Below are positions 57,268 through 64,000 of a DNA stretch of 64,000 nucleotides, in pieces. Position numbers and translations under genes: made by a program. How positions within the stretch are numbered: position 1 is the stretch's first letter; the number at the start of each line of letters is the position of its first letter. Origin of the DNA: Eledone cirrhosa (lineage: Eukaryota); the NCBI GenBank assembly GCA_964016885.1, contig OZ024766.1:21390001-21454000 (forward strand), read 5' to 3'. Under the pieces are notes generated by a model. That model was given only the letters and a program-made list of their open reading frames with translations. It was not told the origin of the DNA and made no database searches.

Positions 57268-57433
57268 GTAAGTATCTAGTAGAGTTTTATGACCCTTATC
57301 GCTCTCAAGTCCTTGAGTTATAATTGGTATTACAGTAAAGACTTTAACCCTTTAGCATCTACATTACTCTATATATACTATTGTATTGTCACAGTAAAGG
57401 CTTTACCTCATGTGTGCCCTCTCTCTCCTGCAG

Positions 57434-57616
57434 TACTGCTCTGACTACACTGTCAGTGACAAACAGCGGTACCCGACCTTCATCAGGACGAAACCCACCG
57501 AGGCCCAAATATCCCAGAGTGTCGCCTCGCTCCTCTTAACATTTCAGTGGCGTAAAGTCACCTTTGTGTACTCCGATGAGATGGAGTTCCAGTTTACAGC
57601 CGAAGCTATTGTCAAG
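57434..57616 (+). CDS. Receptor guanylyl cyclase exon 2
   Basis: YCSDYTVSDKQRYPTFIRTKPTEAQISQSVASLLLTFQWRKVTFVY; ctgcag| and |gtaaca. Confidence 0.9.
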
Positions 57617-58298
57617 GTAACAACCCAATTCCTTTTTGTGTGCAATACCATAAGTATAAAATGATTTGTGTATAAAACCACCTCTTTTTTCTGAATCTAA
57701 AAACGCGATAGTATCTTATATTTTCATGTAAAAAACCACACTTATTTCTGTGTATAAAATTACCCCTGTTTCTGAAGCTAAAAACACATTATTAAAAAGA
57801 TATAACATCAGGTAATAATCACATTCTTGTGTATAACACTACCCATATATATTTACCTTGTGTTCCCTTTTGTAATTTGTGTAGAAACAGGCTTAAGTTA
57901 CTGCTTGTATATGACCACCCTTGTTTCGGAAGCTTAAAAAATCATGTATAAATCATATTCTTGTGTATAAGACACATCCTAACATTTATTTATCTCGTGT
58001 TGCCTTTTGTAATTTGTGTAGAAAGTGGCTTAAGTTACTTCTTGTATAAGACCACCCTTGTTACAGAAGCTTAGAAAAATCAGGCATAGATCATATTCTT
58101 GTGTATAAGACACATACATATATTTATCTTGTGTTCCCTTTTGTAATTTGTGTAGAAAGTGGCTTAAGTTACTTCCTGTATAAGAGCACCCTTGTTTCAG
58201 AAGCTTAGAAAAACCATGTATAAATCACATACTTATGTATAAGACCCCCCCATCCCCAAACATATATTTATCTCGTGACTCCTTTTGTATATCCCCAG

Positions 58299-58419
58299 CT
58301 GCTGGAGGCCAATGATATTATAGTGACACAGAGGGAAATGTATGACGGCCCCTACTTCCACAACCACGTGGAGAACCCCTTCGCTGGCATCGTCTCTCGT
58401 ACCTATGTCGACACGCGCA
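58299..58419 (+). CDS. Receptor guanylyl cyclase exon 3
   Basis: LLEANDIIV...PYFHNHVENPFAGIVSRTYVDTR; ccccag| and |gtgagt. Confidence 0.88.
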
Positions 58420-58939
58420 GTGAGTATGTCATCATCATCATCATCATCGTCATCAACACTACACCACTACACCACCACCATAATCACCACTACCATACCA
58501 CCACCACCATCATCACCACCACTACACCACCACCACCACCACTACCATACCATCACCATCATCACCACCACCACCACTACCATACCACCACCACTACCAT
58601 ACCACCAACACCACTACCATACCACCAACACCACTACCACCACCATACCACCACTACCATACCACCAACACCACTACCATACCACCACCACCACCACCAC
58701 TACTACCACCACTACACCACCAACACCACTACCATACCACCACCACCACTACACCACCAACACCACTACCATACTACCACCACCACTCCTACCACCACCA
58801 CCACCACCACTACTACCACCACTACTACCACCACCACTACTACTACCACCACCACTACCACTACACCACCACTACACCACCCCCACTACTACTACTACTA
58901 CCACCACTACTACTACCACCACTACTATTGTTATTTCAG

Positions 58940-59086
58940 TTTATGTGATGCTGGGCCAGTCGTATGATTTTGTCGGTCTGATGTCCAACCTTTACGAGAG
59001 GGGTTTACTAGACAGTGGGGAGTACTTTGTGGTTGGTGTCTACCTTGACTATTATGACTACACCATGCCTGCCAAATACCTCGCTG
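58940..59086 (+). CDS. Receptor guanylyl cyclase exon 4
   Basis: (I)YVMLGQSYDFVGLMSNLYERGLLDSGEYFVVGV; tttcag| and |gtaagt. Confidence 0.9.
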
Positions 59087-59132
59087 GTAAGTATATAACC
59101 CTCTCTCTTTCTTTCTATATATGTATATATAT

Positions 59133-62100
59133 ATCATCATCATCATCGTCATCATTTCATTTTACGTCCGCCTTTCCCTGCTTGCAAAGGTGGGACGGGA
59201 ACTGGTTCTGGCTTGATTTCTACAGCTGGATGCCCTTCCTAACACCAACCTCATTTACAGTTAGTGCTGGGTGCTTTTTTGCCGTGGCATCTCCACGACC
59301 ACTTTACAGTGAGTGCTGGGTGCTTTTTTGCTGTGGCACCTCCACGACCACTTTACAGTGAGTGCTGGGTGCTTTGTTGCTGTGGCACCTCCACGACCAC
59401 TTTACAGTGAGTGCTGGGTGCTTTTTTTGCCGTGGCACTTCCACGACCACTTTACAGTGAGTGCTGGGTGCTTTTTTGCCGTGGCACCTCCACGTCCACT
59501 TTACAGTGAGTGCTGGGTGCTTTTTTTGCCGTGGCACCTCCACGACCACTTTACAGTGAGTGCTGGTTGTGAGTTCAATTCTCAGACCGGGTGATGTGTT
59601 GTTTCCTTGAGCAAGACACTTTATTTCACATTGCTCCAGTTTACTCAGCTGTAGAAATGAGATGATGGGGACTGGGGTCTCTATCATTCCACTGCAAAGT
59701 GGTCGTGGAGGTGCCACGGCAAAAAAGCACCCAGCACTCACTGTAAAGTGGTCGTGGAGGTGCCACAGCAAAAAAGCACCCAGCACTCACTGTAAAGTGG
59801 TCGTGGAGGTGCCACAGCAACAAAGCACCCAGCACTCACAGTAAAGTAGTCGTGTAGGTGCCACAGCAACAAAGCACCCAGCACTCACTGTAAAGTGGTC
59901 GTGGAGGTGCCACGGCTAAAAAGCACCCAGCACTCACTGTAAAGTGGTCGTGGAGGTGCCACGGCAAAAAAACACCCAGCACTCACTGTAAAGTGGTCGT
60001 GGAGGTGCCACGGCAAAAAAGCCCCCAGCCCTCACTGTAAAGTGGACGTGGAGGTGCCACAGCAACAAAGCACCCAGCACTCACTGTAAAGTGGTCGTGG
60101 AGGTGCCACGGCAAAAAAGCACCCAGCACTCACTGTAAAGGGGTCGTGGAGGTGCCACAGCAAAAAAGCACCCAGCACTCACTGTAAAGTGGTCGTGGAG
60201 GCGCCACAGCAAAAAAGCACCCAGCACTCACTGTAAAGTGGTCGTGGAGGCGCCACAGCAAAAAAGCACCCAGCACTCACTGTAAAGTGGTCGTGTAAGT
60301 GCCACAGCAACAAAGCACCCAGCACTCACTGTAAAGTGGTCGTGTAAGTGCCACAGCAACAAAGCACCCAGCACTCACTGTAAAGTGGTCGTGGAGGTGC
60401 CACGGCAAAAAAGCACCCAGCACTCACTGTAAAGTGGTCGTGTAAGTGCCACAGCAACAAAGCACCCAGCACTCACTGTAAAGTGGTCGTGTAAGTGCCA
60501 CAGCAAAAAAGCCCCCAGCCCTCACTGTAAAGTGGACGTGGAGGTGCCACAGCAACAAAGCACCCAGCACTCACTGTAAAGTGGTCGTGGAGGTGCCACG
60601 GCAAAAAAGCACCCAGCACTCACTGTAAAGTGGTCGTGGAGGTGCCACGGCAAAAAAGCACCCAGCACTCACTGTAAAGTGGACGTGTAGGCCCCACGGC
60701 AACAAAGCACCCAGCACTCACTGTAAAGTGGTCGTGGAGGCGCCACGGCAACAAAGCACCCAGCACTCACTGTAAAGTGGTCGTGGAGGTGTCACGGCAA
60801 CAAAGCACTCAGCATTCACTGTAAAGTGGTCGTGGAGGTGCCACAGCAAAAAAGCACCCAGCACTCACTGTAAAGTGGTCGTGGAGGCGCCACGGCAACA
60901 AAGCACCCAGCACTCACTGTAAAGTGGTCGTGGAGGCGCCACGGCAACAAAGCACCCAGCACTCACTGTAAAGTGGTCGTGGAGGTGTCACGGCAACAAA
61001 GCACTCAGCATTCACTGTAAAGTGGTCGTGGAGGTGCCACAGCAAAAAAGCACCCAGCACTCACTGTAAAGTGGTCGTGGAGGCGCCACGGCAACAAAGC
61101 ACCCAGCACTCACTGTAAAGTGGTCGTGGAGGCGCCACGGCAACAAAGCACCCAGCACTCACTGTAAAGTGGACGTGTAGGCCCCACGGCAACAAAGCAC
61201 CCAGCATTCACTGTAAAGTGGTCGTGGAGGTGCCACAGCAAAAAAGCACCCAGCACTCACTGTAAAGTGGTCGTGGAGGTGCCACGGCAAAAAAGCACCC
61301 AGCACTCACTGTAAAGTGGTCGTGGAGGTGCCACAGCAAAAAAGCACCCAGCACTCACTGTAAAGTGGTCGTGGAGGTGCCACAGCAAAAAAGCACCCAG
61401 CACTCACTGTAAAGTGGTCGTGGAGGTGCCACGGCAAAAAAGCACCCAGCACTCACTGTAAAGTGGTCGTGGAGGTGCCACAGCAAAAAAGCACCCAGCC
61501 CTCACTGTAAAGTGGTCGTGTAAGTGCCACAGCAAAAAAGCCCCCAGCCCTCACTGTAAAGTGGACGTGGAGGTGCCACAGCAAAAAAGCACCCAGCACT
61601 CACTGTAAAGTGGTCGTGGAGGTGCCACGGCAACAAAGCACTCAGCATTCACTGTAAAGTGGTCGTGGAGGTGCCACGGCAACAAAGCACCCAGCACTCA
61701 CTGTAAAGTGGTCGTGGAGGTGCCACGGCAAAAAAGCACCCAGCACTCACTGTAAAGTGGTCGTGGAGGCGCCACAGCAAAAAAGCCCCCAGCACTCACT
61801 GTAAAGTGGTCGTGGAGGTGCCACGGCAAAAAAGCACCCAGCACTCACTGTAAAGTGGTCGTGTAAGTGCCACAGCAACAAAGCACCCAGCACTCACTGT
61901 AAAGTGGTCGTGTAAGTGCCACAGCAACAAAGCACCCAGCACTCACTGTAAAGTGGTTGTGGAGGTGCCATGGCAAAAAAGCACCCAGCACTCACTGTAA
62001 AGTGGTCGTGGAGGTGCCACGGCAAAAAAGCACCCAGCACTCACTGTAAAGTGGTCGTGGAGGTGCCACAGCAAAAAAGCACCCAGCCCACACTGTAAAG

Positions 62101-62230
62101 TGGCCGTGGAGGTGCCACAGCAACAAAGCACCCAGCACTCACTGTAAAGTGGTCGTGGAGGTGCCATGGCAAAAAAGCACCCAGCCCTCACTGTAAAGTG
62201 GTCGTGGAGGCGCCACAGCAAAAAAGCCCC
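59133..62230. mobile_element. SINE family A with an inverted 5' portion (about 6 plus about 50 units)
   Basis: Tail and units on - strand to 59565, then partial head and units on + strand. Confidence 0.8.
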
Positions 62231-62376
62231 TAGCACAATGAAACACACGTGTTTCATTGTATGCATTATACATAAGTCTTGGATCACTAATATTTGATTA
62301 TTGTAATATATATATATTTATATATTTATATATAGAAAATATATACATTACTCTGCTCATGTTTTTCATCTTACAG

Positions 62377-62558
62377 GTACATTTGTATTTGAGAATCTCG
62401 ACCGAATTGCCGTGGCCTTTAAATACTACATCGGTGTGATCCATTCTGGACCCGTCTACCCAGAATACACCCTGTTTACAGAACAGGTGAATCATTATCT
62501 GCAGCTTCCACCCTTCAACCACAGAAACCCTTACAATGCCATCAACATAAACAAGATT
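62377..62558 (+). CDS. Receptor guanylyl cyclase exon 5
   Basis: AFKYYIGVI...FTEQVNHYLQLPPFNHRNP; ttacag| and |gtaagt. Confidence 0.88.
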
Positions 62559-62679
62559 GTAAGTTTCATTCATCGTAAACTTCGGAGCAACGTTTCATAA
62601 ACTATTTGCTTTTGTTAGGCAATTTTTTTTTTCCATTCTTTTAATCTTTCACCAGTTCTTACCGTGGAATACTCGACCA

Positions 62680-62746
<67 letters not shown>

Positions 62747-62749
<3 letters not shown>

Positions 62750-63396
62750 GTGAGGTAAAGCCTTTACTGTGACAATACAATAGTATATATAGAGTAATGT
62801 AAATGTTATGTGAGATATTATGTGAGATAAAGCCTTTACTGTGACAATACAATAGTATATATAGAGTAATGTAAATGTTATGTGAGGTATTATGTGAGGT
62901 AAAGCCTTTACTGTGACAATACAATAGTATATATAGAGTAATGTAAATGTTATGTGAGGTATTATGTGAGGTAAAGCCTTTACTGTGACAATACAATAGT
63001 ATATATAGAGTAATGTAAATGTTATGTGAGGTATTATGTGAGGTAAAGCCTTTACTGTGACAATACAATAGTATATATAGAGTAATGTAAATGTTATGTG
63101 AGATATTATGTGAGGTAAAGCTTTTACTGTGACAATACAATAGTATATATAGAGTAATGTAAATGTTATGTGAGGTATTATGTGAGGTAAAGCCTTTACT
63201 GTGACAATACAATAGTATATATAGAGTAATGTAAATGTTATGTGAGATATTATGTGAGGTAAAGCCTTTACTGTGACAATACAATAGTATATATAGAGTA
63301 ATGTAAATGCTATGTGAGATGTTATGTGAGGTAAAGCCTTTACTGTGACAATACAATAGTATATATAGAGTAATGTAAATGTTATGTGAGATATTA
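62747..63396 (-). repeat. 72-bp satellite, about 9 copies
   Basis: Reverse complement of the 8855 unit. Confidence 0.9.
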
Positions 63397-63440
63397 TCCA
63401 TATTTTTTTGGGGTCTGTTTTTTTATCTATCTCTCCATAG

Positions 63441-63576
63441 TTACGACCAGAGGCAGCCTATTTATACGATGCTGTGAAACTATATGCTGAAGCAGCTCAT
63501 GAAACCTGGAAGGATGGCAAACCCGTAAGTGATGGCCAGGAGATATTCAACAAAATCCAGAGACGGACATTTAAAA
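63441..63576 (+). CDS. Receptor guanylyl cyclase exon 6 (gene continues beyond window)
   Basis: LRPEAAYLYDAVKLYAEA...DGQEIFNKIQRRTFK; ccatag| and |gtaagg. Confidence 0.9.
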
Positions 63577-63676
63577 GTAAGGGCCTTGTCACCCTACCCC
63601 TCTTCCTGTTTTTTGACACCCACCCTATCTGAGTTGGCCCCTAGTCCTAAATATATACTCACATCGTGTCGGTCAC

Positions 63677-64000
63677 TAGAAATATGGTAATGAAAGGGTT
63701 AAAGTGTTTATATTTATGTAAGAACCTTTGTTAAGTTATGTTCCATTAGAAATATGGTAATGAAAGGGTTAAAGTGTTTATATTTATCTAAAAACCTTCC
63801 ATCATAATTTTATGTAAGAACCTTTGTTAAGTTATGTTCCAGTAGAAATATGGTAACGAAAGGGTTAAAGTATTTATATTTATGTAAGAACCTTTGTTAA
63901 GTTATGTTCCATTAGAAATATGGTAATGAAAGGGTTAAAGTGTTTATATTTATCTAAAAACCTTCCATCATAATTTTATGTAAGAACCTTTGTTAAGTTA
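63677..64000 (+). repeat. Same satellite family as 27330-28710
   Basis: Same unit. Confidence 0.9.

Overview
Eukaryotic, intron-rich, extremely repeat-dense DNA; the SINE, LINE and microsatellite content suggests a cephalopod such as an octopus (inference). Two + strand genes are present. (1) The last 18 coding exons of exportin-6 (XPO6), 1467-39114, all with GT-AG boundaries and consistent phases. (2) The first six coding exons of a receptor guanylyl cyclase of the Gyc32E/ANF-receptor type, 52618 to beyond the window end. Its 4.65 kb first exon adds about 1,300 aa: a signal peptide, a mucin-like stalk, 12 prohormone-like 32-aa repeats with basic cleavage sites, and two further repeat blocks. 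It also carries a Gly/Ser loop bounded by furin-consensus sites inside the ligand-binding domain. XPO6 exon boundaries have been amplified into satellites: about 50 decoy 3' splice sites, four extra donor-region copies (three with an intact GT), and a stop-codon-derived 3' UTR array. Introns hold a tRNA-derived SINE with a variable internal minisatellite, RTE LINE fragments sharing its tail, piggyBac- and Helitron-like non-autonomous elements, and two antisense hammerhead-ribozyme-like motifs. Most ORFs in the supplied track are repeat artefacts. All counts and homology calls were made by eye or from memory, not by computation.
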